A stretch of DNA of 32,000 nucleotides, taken from positions 3,180,001 to 3,212,000 of the forward strand of contig NC_002677.1 of the NCBI RefSeq assembly GCF_000195855.1, written 5' to 3'. This stretch comes from Mycobacterium leprae TN. GTDB taxonomy: Bacteria > Actinomycetota > Actinomycetes > Mycobacteriales > Mycobacteriaceae. A model generated the notes under the pieces. The model saw only the letters and a list, made by a program, of their open reading frames with translations. It was not told where the DNA came from and ran no database searches. Position 1 is the stretch's first letter. Each line of letters starts with the position of its first letter. Positions 20,850 through 30,450 of this stretch are shown here, piece after piece. The translations under genes and the position numbers were made by a program.

Positions 20850-21825
20850 GTGCTAGTCGATACGCTACACGAGGTCGCGCAGTACACGCCTTGTCAGGTG
20901 ATGTTGATCGACGGCGACAGGTGGCTTGACTACCGAAGTCTCTGCCAGCCAACAACGACGCTGGTGCATGCTCGCATCCCCGTGACCAGCGTGATGTCGT
21001 TCATGTTTCCTAACTGGCACGAATTCAGCCGTAATGTATTTGGTATCAAGGCTAGCAGTAACAGTTGCCGACTTATCTTGCTGCCGCGGCAGGATCGTAA
21101 ACTGCGTTTCATCCTCGAAGACGCCGACGGCCAGATGGTCTTTTTCCCAACATGGTTCGATAGCCATGACTACACTGCTATGTTAGAGTGGGTGACAACC
21201 CAGCTATCAGAGCAGTCGTGCTGTTGTACTGGTAAGCTATGATTGCAGCGCGGGTCACATCACGTTCGTGTCGTTGCTTGCGCAGCATACGGTTACCAGA
21301 ACAGCTACCGAAACTGAACTCCGACGCCGTTCCAATGCACACTGCTGTTGTGCACCACCGCCACACTTATGGATAGCTGGAGGTGGAACCGATGCAGTGC
21401 GGCTCAATAAAAATCCGAACGGTGCACGCCTGTGGCGGGCACAACACCGTTTCTCGAGCAGATGCTGAAGGCAGCGCAACGTGCCGGGTCCCGACTTCAA
21501 GGTCTCAAGCTCTTCGCGTACTCCGGTGTGTCTGTGTATGTTGTCGTTAATCCGGAGAGCGACAGCATATCTCGAGTCAACGGTCGTCACTCCACGTGTA
21601 TGGATGGTTCGACAGAAGTTCCAGTCACAACGATCGGAGCACCGAGACGCCGCGCTTATGCCGCAAACACCGATAACTGCAGCGGTCTGGCCAGTGTTCA
21701 GCTAGTCTCCGGCGAGATTCATGTGCCCAGCCCGCAGATGGTGGTTGAACCAGTAAGTACCCAGACGACGAAACCGAGTCCTTCGACCGTGAGAGCCCTT
21801 CTGCACCGGATATCCAACTAAGTCT
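20850..21825 (+). pseudogene. AMP-dependent acyl-CoA ligase pseudogene, 5' portion (interrupted)
   Basis: ORF 20850-21242 reads a FadD-type N-terminus (..VMLIDGDRWLDYRSL...FPNWHEFSRNVFGIKASS...LRFILEDADGQMVFFP). ORF 21432-21821 reads the central part (LKLFAYSGVSV.., ..GSTEVPVTT.., ..SGEIHVPSPQMV..). There are several frame changes. Confidence 0.6.
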
Positions 21826-21879
21826 AACTCGGACCGCTTAAGTGGCTGGTCGGCTTTGGGTGGGGTAATTGTGGTTGGC

Positions 21880-23300
21880 TGTTGGTTTCGAATCGGTCCA
21901 CACCTGGCCACCGAGGCTGGTCGGTCAAGGCTGTGATGGTGAGAAGCCACGATATCCTTGATGGGCATGTGAGATTGGATATCGAGTATCTGGATCGGAT
22001 CTAACTCAACGGTGATGCGTCAAATCTGCAGATGAGCGGTAAGGTGATGTCGTTTCTGATCCAGCATCTGGGCAATCAGATCCTCTCGCCTGTGGTTCTA
22101 GAAAAAATTGGTATTAGGTTTCGCTGGGAGGTGGTCTCATTCGCCGAGACCAATTAACCCTGGTGGTCTTTTTGCCAAGAATGACCGCAAGATCGACGTT
22201 ATGCACCCGTATCTGGCTGGGCAAGCCGCGGCCGGAAGCGTGAGTGGGACTGCAATCAGGGTGGACCAGAAGTCGCATCGTATACACCGCGACAAACACA
22301 CCAGGCAGACATCGGGAGTGCAGTTTACCTTCGCCGCATTTCAGCGGCGAGTAGTGTGTTTTTACTTCTATCTATTTCTAGCTACGTTTAGGACGTTGAT
22401 TTCGAGCCGGCATTCATCAAGGTCTGTGCCTATTTTCCATATCCAATGAAGATTTAGCTCAACGGGCTACGAGTAGGCTAACCGGCAGGCGAGCAAAGTG
22501 GTATATGGCTCACTGAACTGTCCAAGGGGTTGACCACAACCACCGATCCGGCTGCTGCAGAGGATCTGCGATCGGCTAGGCCCAGATGCGATCCAGATGT
22601 TCGCCCAACAACATTGGTGGTCGATGTTGCCGCAGGCAGAGCACGGCCGCGGCAGCTATTGATGGGAGCTATTGATGCGCCGAGTCGAAACCTCACACTC
22701 TAGGTGTTCAATGCTCCCCTCCGAGCTTGGGGGTTATTCGAGACCCTGATGGCCGACACCTCGACATCGGTCGACTGGAAGTGATCAAGCTGAGCTTCAA
22801 ACGCGGCCAACGCTGTGGCGCAAAGGCGGGCGGGCAGTACAAGATCCAGATCGTTACTTACGGCACCCAGCCCAGGTCAATGTCAACACCTTCTACCGAC
22901 ACTTGCGCATAAAATCATATTTGAAGGATGGGCGGTTGCTGCGCGTCAAACTGTCATAAACGACACCGACAATGTGGGCTGCTGACGGCCCATAGATAGA
23001 GTTACAGGCCCGCGCGCGTACGGTCCATCGTCGTCCGCTCGATACGCAACCTGTCAGCTAAGGCTGTGTCTTTGCGAGTCTAGCCTTTGAGCGGATAGCG
23101 CGGCACACCCTCACCGAGGATGGTAGAAGAACCCCCGCCCTGTAGTTCGGCGGACCATTCACCAGCGTGTTCACCGACATCAACATCATAAACCCAAGAG
23201 CCAGCTGAACTCGGACTTTCGGTCAGAACCGCTACACAACATTACTCTAGTGACGGATTGCAGTTGGCGACCCTCTACACTAAAAATTCTACGCTCGGCT
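21880..23300 (+). mobile_element. Decayed transposase-like gene, likely an IS relic inserted in the AMP-ligase pseudogene; family not securely identified
   Basis: Plus-strand fragments read VKAVMVRSHDILDGHVRLDIEYLDRI*LNGDASNLQMSGKVMSFLIQHLGNQILSPVVLEKIGIRFR (~21880-22130), FYFYLF..FEPAFIKVCAYFPYPMKI*LNG (~22350-22470), LSKGLTTTTDPAAAEDL (~22520-22570), VFNAPLRAWGLFETLMAD (~22700-22760) and ..ARQTVINDTDNVGC (~22945-22985). They resemble an actinobacterial transposase-annotated family as I remember it. Stops and frameshifts run throughout. I could not find terminal inverted repeats. Confidence 0.4.
22654..22679. repeat. 13-bp tandem duplication (11/13) inside the transposase-like relic
   Basis: agctattgatggg (22654-22666) is followed by agctattgatgcg (22667-22679). 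Confidence 0.85.
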
Positions 23301-23434
23301 GGTGCGTACGCTCCTGAGCACCAAACTATATGCCCACACTACCGCCGTCGCAAATGATATGGCAGACCATAGACAAAAGTGGATATTATAGCAAACACAA
23401 CCTAAAAACTCCAAGACGATTCTTGACGTTCTAG

Positions 23435-23794
23435 CGGCCAAAGGTCATTAGAACACTGGTGAGTACCCCGTTGCGCGCCGACCGGGCGAAGGATGTCATT
23501 ACCTGCAACGGCGAGAACATCTCTATCCCAAGAAAATCGATTCTATCCTGGCCCGCCACCTCAGACATAGCTAGCGTAAGCATGCCTGACGAGCACACCG
23601 GTGAGCGGGCGTGCGCAGTCATGGTGCCTATCATCACACTCGGATCGGCCGTTGACAGCTTGCGCAGATATACTAAAATCCGACGCGGCATGGCGCAGTT
23701 CAAGGTACCCGAACAAATAGGCATTTGGGATGTCCTACCGACAAACGACGCAGGAAAAGCGGCGAAACACCAAATTCGAACAACATTGATGTAA
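23435..23794 (+). pseudogene. AMP-dependent acyl-CoA ligase pseudogene, 3' portion
   Basis: ORF 23459-23794 reads the FadD C-terminal domain: RADRAKDVITCNGENISIP (GRxKD..GENIS), SVSMPDEHTGERACAVMV, and FKVPEQIGIWDVLPTNDAGKAAKHQIR (P-x-x-GK). It has the same orientation as the 5' portion, which ends ~1.6 kb upstream. Confidence 0.65.
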
Positions 23795-24319
23795 AGCAGA
23801 CCAGTTACATGCAGGTAGCGATCGGAACCAGGACGAACTGTGGGATCGGCTTCGGTTGCGAAATCAAGCTCGCCGAGATGGACATGGGGGTGAAGGCGCC
23901 GGGCCACAACAGCGTTCCTCCGGAGTTTAAGGAATGCACGGCGCTGCGGAGCTAATTAATTGCACCGGATCGCGACAGCCGCGTGCCGGAGGAAGCTAGG
24001 ACACCTAACCCACTAGGCTAGGCGATGCTCCGGTCGATTCGGACGTCAGTCTCGACGGCAATGGCAGCACCCGATCTGGTGAGAGAACTCGTCCTCGTCG
24101 CGACGTCACCCCCTCGGCGTTTCCGAGGCATGCTGCGCTGACCACCAAAGGTGGCAGCCCCGGCGAACAGCCTTCGCCGCCCGACAAAGTGTGCGACGGA
24201 CTGCATAACCCCATAACCCCGCGCTCGAGCCGCTGCAAACCGAAGGACAACTCAAATCAAAATGCCGACGATGATGGTGCAGTTCACAAGTCGAGACACT
24301 GTGCTGCGCTGTGGTGACC

Positions 24320-24353
24320 GCCACGTCGTCGTCAAGGCGGACGACGACGTGGC
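24320..24353. repeat. Perfect 14-bp-stem hairpin (6-nt loop) ~360 nt upstream of ctpI
   Basis: gccacgtcgtcgtc (24320-24333), loop aaggcg, gacgacgacgtggc (24340-24353). Confidence 0.9.
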
Positions 24354-24523
24354 ACTGATCCCTACTGCTACAGACGCGCAGGCCACGGCTGCCTAAATAA
24401 CGTCAAAACGCGGGCAGCTCGAACCACGTAATTCGGGCCCAGCCCATTCACGTCCACCCACGCCAGCATCACTACACTTCACCGTATTTCTCGATACAGC
24501 GCTGTTTAACGCGTTCGGTTTGT

Positions 24524-24709
24524 CTTTAAGCCGGTGAGGCTCCTAAAGCTGCGCCGACTATCACCCTAACATAACTGGGCGAAAGCCCAGCGCCCACGCA
24601 GTCACTGAAGTTGTTCACTCGCCTATCTATGGGGCCTAGCGGTAGACATATCAAACAGGCATTACCAGGATTGAATTTAGGCGCGGTAGCGGCGATTGAA
24701 GGGTGAAGA
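24524..24709 (+). promoter_or_regulatory. Candidate structured 5' leader of ctpI with M-box-like sequence strings; hypothesis only
   Basis: ggtgaggctcc is at 24533-24543 and gctgcgcc at 24548-24555. A GNRA hairpin ctgggc-gaaa-gcccag is at 24575-24590. ctatgggg is at 24627-24634, tcaaacag at 24651-24658 and cgattgaag at 24693-24701. A possible closing helix pairs ctttaa/gccg (24524-24533) with cggc/ttgaag (24690-24701), overlapping the GAAGGG Shine-Dalgarno-like sequence before ATG 24710. Confidence 0.3.
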
Positions 24710-27700
24710 ATGAAGATTCCGCATGTGACCGACCCCGTAAGCAATATGGTCGGCGGCATGGCGCAGGTGGTGCGGGCCAGTACGCATGCCGCCACCGGCG
24801 CTGTCAACACGATGCAGATGCTGGCCAGCCCGGTCGCCGAGTTCGCTTGGCCGGTGGTGCAATCGGTAGCTAAATCCACCGGCCGAGCGCTCGGTACGGG
24901 CCATTCACCGAATTTTGCGAACCGGGTCGATCCACCGGTGCGCTGGCACAACGGTCAGCGTGTACACCTAGACCTGGATCCGCTGCTACCGTTCCCCCGC
25001 TGGCATGAGTACGCAGCAGTAGTAGAAGAACCGGTTCGTAGAATTCCAGGGGTGGCTAAGGGCCATGTCGAGGGCTCATTGGGACGGCTAGTAATCGAAC
25101 TAGACAAGAACGCGGATAGCGACGTTGTCTTGGGCAAAGTGCGTGACGTGGTTATTGCCCTGGCCGCCGACTTAGCATTGACAGGGGCGAGATCGGCCCC
25201 CAAGGTTGCTCCATTTGCCGACCCAGGTAATCCGCTGGCAATTCTTATGCCGCTAACCGCCGCGGTAATGGACCTTGTCGCGTTGAGTGCCGCAGTGACC
25301 GGCTGGGTCACCCGACTGCCCGCCGTACCGCAAACTATCCGGGCCGCGGCGGCTCTCGTCAATCATCAACCGCGCATGGTGTCACTGCTGGAATCACGAC
25401 TGGGTAGGGTCGGCACCGATATTGCACTCAGCATTACAACAGCGGCGGCTAGCGGGCTGACCCAAGCGGTAGGCACACCACTGCTGGATCTGGCGTGCCG
25501 TGGCCTGCAACTCTCCGAAGCGGCGGCTCACCAGCGCGTGTGGCGAGATCGAGAGCCTCAACTGGCCTCACCCAAGCGGCCACAAGCGCCGGTGGTCCCC
25601 GTGATCTCGTCGGCAGGGGAAAAATCGCATGCCGCAGGCCACAACTGGACAGCCGCAGCGTCGAATGAAGCGTCGCACCTCGTGGTCGGCGGATCAATCG
25701 ACGCCGCAATCGACACCGCAAAAGGGTCGATGAAAGGACCTGTAGAGAGCTATGTCGATTCAGCGGCAAACGGTTCGTTGATTGCCGCGGCGAGTGCTTT
25801 GCTCGCGGGCGGTGGCACCGAAGACGCGGCCGGCGCGATCCTGGCCGGGGTGCCAAGAGCGGCGCATATGGGCCAGCAAGCGTTCGCGGCGACACTGGGC
25901 CGCGGACTGGCCAACGCCGGGCAACTGGTACTCGATCCGGGTGCGCTGCGCCGCCTGGACCAGGTCAAGGTGGTCGTCATCGACGGGGCCGCATTGCGCG
26001 GTGATCACCGCGCGGTATTGCTTGCCCGGGGAAATACGCCCGGCTGGGACGACGACCGTGTATATGAGGTTACCGACGCACTGCTGCACGGCGAGCGGGC
26101 ACCCGAGCCCGATCCCGACGAGTCACCGGCCACTGGAGCGCGGCTCAGATGGGTTCCGTTGCAGGGGCCGTCGGCAACACCCGTACAGGGCCGCGAGCAC
26201 GCGGATCTGGTGGTTAATGGCGAGTGCGTCGGCGGTGTCGACGTCGGATGGGAAGTCGACCCCTATGCGATCCCGCTGCTGCAGACCGCACACCGAACCG
26301 GGGCACGCGTAGTCTTGCGTCATGTAGCTGGCACAGAAGATCTCTCCGCCAGCGTCGGCGCGACGCATCCGCCCGGTACACCGCTGCTGAAGTTGGTACG
26401 TGAGCTGCGCACCGATCGCGGACCGGTGTTACTGATCACCGCCGTGCACCGGGACTTCGCATCGACCGACACGCTGGCCGCACTAGCCATTGCCGACGTC
26501 GGGGTAGCCCTGGACGATCCCCATGCAGCTACACCGTGGACCGCGGACATCATCACTGGCACTGATCTGGCGGCCGCAGTGCGGATCCTGTCTGCGCTGC
26601 CCGTGGCCCGTTCAGCCAGTGAATCTTCGGTGCACCTTGCTCAGGGCGGTACTACCCTGGCAGGGCTGCTGCTGATCACCGCGAGCGCTGGTAGCAAATC
26701 CGCTAGCCCAATTACTTTGCGGCGCTGGTTTAGTCCGGTCAATGCGGCCGCAGCGACCGCATTGGTGACTGGCGTCGTCTCAGCCAGCAAGGTGCTCCGG
26801 CTGCCGGACCCTACCCCGCAACCGCTGACCGCCTGGCACGCGCTGGACCCCGAGATCGTTTACTCACGATTGGCCGGCGTCACACAACCGTTAGCCGTTG
26901 AGCCCGGTACCCCCGATTGGCGACGTCGTCTCGACGATCTGTCCTACACCCGGGCGCTGTCACCGCTGCGCAAACCAGTAACCAAACTGGCTCGGCTGGC
27001 GAGCGCGACCCGGCAGGAATTCGCCGATCCGCTGACTCCCATCCTGGCGGTCGGAGCAGCTGCGTCGGCGATCGTTGGCAGTAATATCGATGCCCTTTTG
27101 GTCGCGGGCGTGATGACGGTCAACGCGATTACCGGTGGCGTGCAACGGTTGCGGGCCGAGGCGGCCGCCGCCGAGCTGTTCGCCGAGCAGGATCAGTTGG
27201 TGCGACGCGTCGTTGTCCCGGCGGTGGCAACGACCCGTCGTCGATTGGAGGCTGCACAGCACGCCACACGGACAGTCACGGTGTCCGCCAAGTCGCTGCG
27301 AGCCGGTGATGTCATCGACCTGGCTGCTCCGGAAGTGGTACCGGCAGATGCTCGCGTGTTGGTAGCCGAAGACCTCGAAGTCGATGAGTCTTTACTCACC
27401 GGGGAGTCGTTGCCGGTGGACAAGCGAGTGGACCCCGTCGCCATCAACGACGCCGACCGAGCGAGCATGCTGTTCGAAGGCAGCGCGATCGTGGCAGGAC
27501 ATGCCCGCGCGATCGTGGTGGCCACCGGGGTCGGCACAGCCGCACACCGCGCGATCTCGGCTGTCGCCGACGTGGAAGTATCAGCCGGGGTGCAAGCACG
27601 GCTGCGGGAGCTGACCAGCAAGGTCCTTCCTCTGACACTGGCCGGTGGCGCCGCGGTGACGGGTTTGGCTTTGCTACGCCGCGCATCACTGCGTCAAGCA

Positions 27701-29539
27701 GTCGCCGATGGCGTCGCAATCGCCGTGGCCGCTGTCCCGGAGGGTCTGCCATTGGTGGCCACCCTCTCCCAGCTCGCCGCGGCCCAGCGTTTAACGGCGA
27801 AGGGGGCGCTGGTCCGATCGCCCCGCACGATCGAAGCCCTGGGCCGCGTTGACACCATATGTTTCGACAAGACAGGTACGCTCACCGAAAATCGACTGCG
27901 TGTCGTCTGTGCGGTGCCGAACACGAGGATGCCACACGATCCACTTCCCGACATCACCGATCCGCACTCTGCTGCGGTGCTGCGGGACGCCGCGCGGGCG
28001 TCCACCCAACCCCACGACGGGCAAGGCCACACGCACGCCACCGATGAAGCGATCCTCACGGCAGCCAGTTCGCTTAACAGCCATACCGATTCGACTTGGA
28101 GCCTAATTGCGGAGGTACCGTTCGAGTCCAGTCGCGGTTATGCCGCCGCGATCGGCATAACCGGCAATGGTAAGGCGCCGATGCTGATGCTCAAGGGCGC
28201 CCCTGAAAAGATCCTGCCGCGTTGCCGGTTCGCCGATCCAGAGGCCGACGTTGCTCACGCAGAGTCCTTGGTGCGCCACCTCGCCGAGCAAGGCCTGCGC
28301 GTTTTGGCGGTCGCGCAATGCTCCTGGGGCCACGACACCACCGACGATAACGACACCGATGCTGATGCCGTCGACGCTGCCGCGCATGACCTCGAGCTGG
28401 TCGGCTATATCGGACTAGCGGACACCGCACGGCCATCCTCGCGTCCGTTGATCGAAGCGTTGGTAACCGCCGGCCGCAACGTGGTACTGATAACCGGCGA
28501 TCACCCCATCACCGCACGGGCTATCGCCCAGCAGTTGGGTCTGCGCTCGGATGCACGGGTAGTGAACGGCACCGAACTTATCGGCCTCGACGAGGACGCA
28601 TGCGCCGAACTTGCCGCCGACGTGCAGGTCTTCGCCCGAGTCAGTCCGGAGCAAAAGGTGCAGATTGTGGCAGCGTTGCAACGCTGCGGGCAAGTGACGG
28701 CGATGGTTGGTGACGGTGCCAACGACGCCGCTGCCATCCGGATGGCCGATGTGGGCATCGGCGTGAGTGGCCGCGGTTCTTCAGCCGCCCGAGGAGCCGC
28801 TGACATCGTCTTGACCGACGACGATCTGGGTGTACTGCTCGATGCCCTGGTCGAAGGCCGCAGCATGTGGGCAGGCGTTCGTGATGCGGTCACGATTCTG
28901 GTCGGAGGCAATGTCGGCGAAGTCGTCTTTACTATCATTGGGACGGTATTCGGTGCTGGTCGGGCGCCGGTGGGAACCCGTCAACTACTGTTGGTGAACT
29001 TGCTCACCGATATGTTCCCCGCGCTTTCGATCGCTGTTACCTCGCAATACGAAGAACCCGGCGAGGACGAATATCAAACCGACGAAGAGGCAGACGAGGC
29101 GCGACGAACACACCAACACGAGGTACTGACCGGACCTACGCCCTCGCTCGACGCGCCACTGATGCGACAGATCGTCAACCGTGGTGTGGTCACGGCCGCC
29201 GGTGCGACCACAGCCTGGGCTATCGGGCGCTGGACGCCGGGTACCGAACGACGAACGGCGACAATGGGACTGACCGCATTGGTGACGACGCAGCTGGCAC
29301 AGACCCTGCTCACGCGCCGACACAGCCCGCTCGTCGTAGCAACCGCACTAGGCAGCGCGGGTGTTTTGATCGGTATCATTCAAACCCCGGTAATCAGTCA
29401 GTTTTTCGGGTGCACACCGCTTGGGCCAATAGCCTGGTCAGGAGTAATAACTGCCACAGCAGGAGCCACCGCAGTCTCGGTACTGGCACCCCAGTGGTTA
29501 AACAAAGCTTTTGGTATCGCGCAACTCAATCAGGAGTGA
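24710..29539 (+). CDS. ctpI: Giant P-type cation-transporting ATPase (CtpI-like) with a ~730-aa N-terminal extension
   Basis: Intact 1609-aa ORF. The C-terminal half has a full P-type set: LTGES (res ~896-899), AAVPEGLP, CFDKTGTLTEN (Asp1053, nt 27866-27868), ITGDHP and MVGDGANDAAAI. ATG at 24710 follows GAAGGGTGAAGA. Confidence 0.92.
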   Translation: MKIPHVTDPVSNMVGGMAQVVRASTHAATGAVNTMQMLASPVAEFAWPVVQSVAKSTGRALGTGHSPNFANRVDPPVRWHNGQRVHLDLDPLLPFPRWHEYAAVVEEPVRRIPGVAKGHVEGSLGRLVIELDKNADSDVVLGKVRDVVIALAADLALTGARSAPKVAPFADPGNPLAILMPLTAAVMDLVALSAAVTGWVTRLPAVPQTIRAAAALVNHQPRMVSLLESRLGRVGTDIALSITTAAASGLTQAVGTPLLDLACRGLQLSEAAAHQRVWRDREPQLASPKRPQAPVVPVISSAGEKSHAAGHNWTAAASNEASHLVVGGSIDAAIDTAKGSMKGPVESYVDSAANGSLIAAASALLAGGGTEDAAGAILAGVPRAAHMGQQAFAATLGRGLANAGQLVLDPGALRRLDQVKVVVIDGAALRGDHRAVLLARGNTPGWDDDRVYEVTDALLHGERAPEPDPDESPATGARLRWVPLQGPSATPVQGREHADLVVNGECVGGVDVGWEVDPYAIPLLQTAHRTGARVVLRHVAGTEDLSASVGATHPPGTPLLKLVRELRTDRGPVLLITAVHRDFASTDTLAALAIADVGVALDDPHAATPWTADIITGTDLAAAVRILSALPVARSASESSVHLAQGGTTLAGLLLITASAGSKSASPITLRRWFSPVNAAAATALVTGVVSASKVLRLPDPTPQPLTAWHALDPEIVYSRLAGVTQPLAVEPGTPDWRRRLDDLSYTRALSPLRKPVTKLARLASATRQEFADPLTPILAVGAAASAIVGSNIDALLVAGVMTVNAITGGVQRLRAEAAAAELFAEQDQLVRRVVVPAVATTRRRLEAAQHATRTVTVSAKSLRAGDVIDLAAPEVVPADARVLVAEDLEVDESLLTGESLPVDKRVDPVAINDADRASMLFEGSAIVAGHARAIVVATGVGTAAHRAISAVADVEVSAGVQARLRELTSKVLPLTLAGGAAVTGLALLRRASLRQAVADGVAIAVAAVPEGLPLVATLSQLAAAQRLTAKGALVRSPRTIEALGRVDTICFDKTGTLTENRLRVVCAVPNTRMPHDPLPDITDPHSAAVLRDAARASTQPHDGQGHTHATDEAILTAASSLNSHTDSTWSLIAEVPFESSRGYAAAIGITGNGKAPMLMLKGAPEKILPRCRFADPEADVAHAESLVRHLAEQGLRVLAVAQCSWGHDTTDDNDTDADAVDAAAHDLELVGYIGLADTARPSSRPLIEALVTAGRNVVLITGDHPITARAIAQQLGLRSDARVVNGTELIGLDEDACAELAADVQVFARVSPEQKVQIVAALQRCGQVTAMVGDGANDAAAIRMADVGIGVSGRGSSAARGAADIVLTDDDLGVLLDALVEGRSMWAGVRDAVTILVGGNVGEVVFTIIGTVFGAGRAPVGTRQLLLVNLLTDMFPALSIAVTSQYEEPGEDEYQTDEEADEARRTHQHEVLTGPTPSLDAPLMRQIVNRGVVTAAGATTAWAIGRWTPGTERRTATMGLTALVTTQLAQTLLTRRHSPLVVATALGSAGVLIGIIQTPVISQFFGCTPLGPIAWSGVITATAGATAVSVLAPQWLNKAFGIAQLNQE

Positions 29540-29553
29540 GCATTAACCTTGCT

Positions 29554-30450
29554 TTAGCTGGTCACCCCTTTGCCAGCGGGATTGTCCGGAATGTTATCGA
29601 CGATGCCAATATCTTTGGTCTGTTCAAAACGAGATACCTTGCCACTCAAGTACTCTACGTACTTCCGGCTTATCGATGACGTTACTGCGTGCCGTAGCAC
29701 GCTAAACACGACAAGGCATTGCCCTAACTACTCGTCTCATCAAGAACACCTACGACCGCATTCGCGGCGATGCCGTGATGCTCCGCGAGCGCGTTTTCCA
29801 GCGCACGTAGATAAACATCTCGCCCCCGAGACGATCATGTCGTCCTAGCGACCGATGATGTACAGCCGACCCGAATGGTCGAAAGTCGATGTATCCGGTG
29901 CTAGCCAATCTAGTCAATGATGACTTCGGCGTCTCCCACAACCGATCCGCCAATTTGGCCCAGAAAAGTTGGTCACCGCTAACTACGATGCGTCCGGTCA
30001 CGCACAGCCCGACAGGACGGCAACTTCTGTCGAAGATACGTACCGGGCATCCCGCAACCAGCTTCCCCACGGTTTTCTGGACATGCCGTAGTTCGGCCGG
30101 TGTAGACCTCGGTTGAGCCGTAGCCGTTGTCGAGGAGGTTGCCCGTAGTCATCCCACATACCGGCGTGCCAAGCTGGAATCGAGCCAGTTACCGCTGGAC
30201 AATGCCACCTATAGGGACGGCACGGGGTTGCGGGTGCCCACCAGATCGGGGCAGTCCGAGGATGCGCACCAGGCATGATCGAAACCACACTTATAGCGGA
30301 GGTCGAGTGTGGCTGAGGCGTCAAAACACCAGTGGGTCAACACCGTGCCGCCGGGGCGGACAACTTGTGGGAGACGGGCATCGAGTTCGGTATGTACAAC
30401 AACAGTCGATATCACCGATCCTGTCCGATGCCGGTGAACTTTTCCCCATT
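29554..30450 (-). pseudogene. Second AMP-dependent synthetase/ligase pseudogene, 5'-truncated
   Basis: Minus-strand fragments: ORF 29750-30070 reads GCPVRIFDRSCRPVGLCVTGRIVVSGDQLFWAKL...LASTGYIDFRPFGSAVHHRSLGRHDRL (G-E-I-x-V-x-G / TGD / GRxDD pattern). The C-terminal relic YVEYLSGKVSRFEQTKDIGIVDNIPDNPAGKG ends at TAA (rc of 29554-29556), 14 nt from the ctpI stop. No N-terminal half exists before the icd2 3' end. Confidence 0.6.

Noticed and set aside
21884-21896. tRNA T-loop-like string ggtttcgaatcgg
   Set aside because: The flanking bases do not form a T-stem (ttggt versus cggtc), and no acceptor or anticodon arms can be drawn. It lies inside the transposase-like relic.
23431-23907. 158-aa minus-strand ORF
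   Set aside because: It is antisense to the clearly readable C-terminal AMP-ligase fragment (GENIS / PDEHTGER / GK motifs on the + strand), and its own sequence has no family features.
24543-24550. cuaaagcu read as the conserved 3' M-box element (GCUAAAGCUC), implying a collapsed or deleted riboswitch
   Set aside because: It is out of order for that interpretation. The same bases align better as a short linker plus GCUGC(G)CC, matching the 5' GCUGCUGCCC element. The overall leader hypothesis is kept only as a low-confidence finding.
24526-24951. 141-aa minus-strand ORF spanning the ctpI start and leader
   Set aside because: It overlaps the strongly supported ctpI start and the candidate leader, shows no motif and has no RBS. 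It is most likely a chance open frame.
25449-28938. Numerous 60-150-aa ORFs on both strands inside ctpI
   Set aside because: They are nested in a 4.8-kb CDS whose frame carries every P-type ATPase motif. The alternative frames are Arg/Pro-rich with no motifs.
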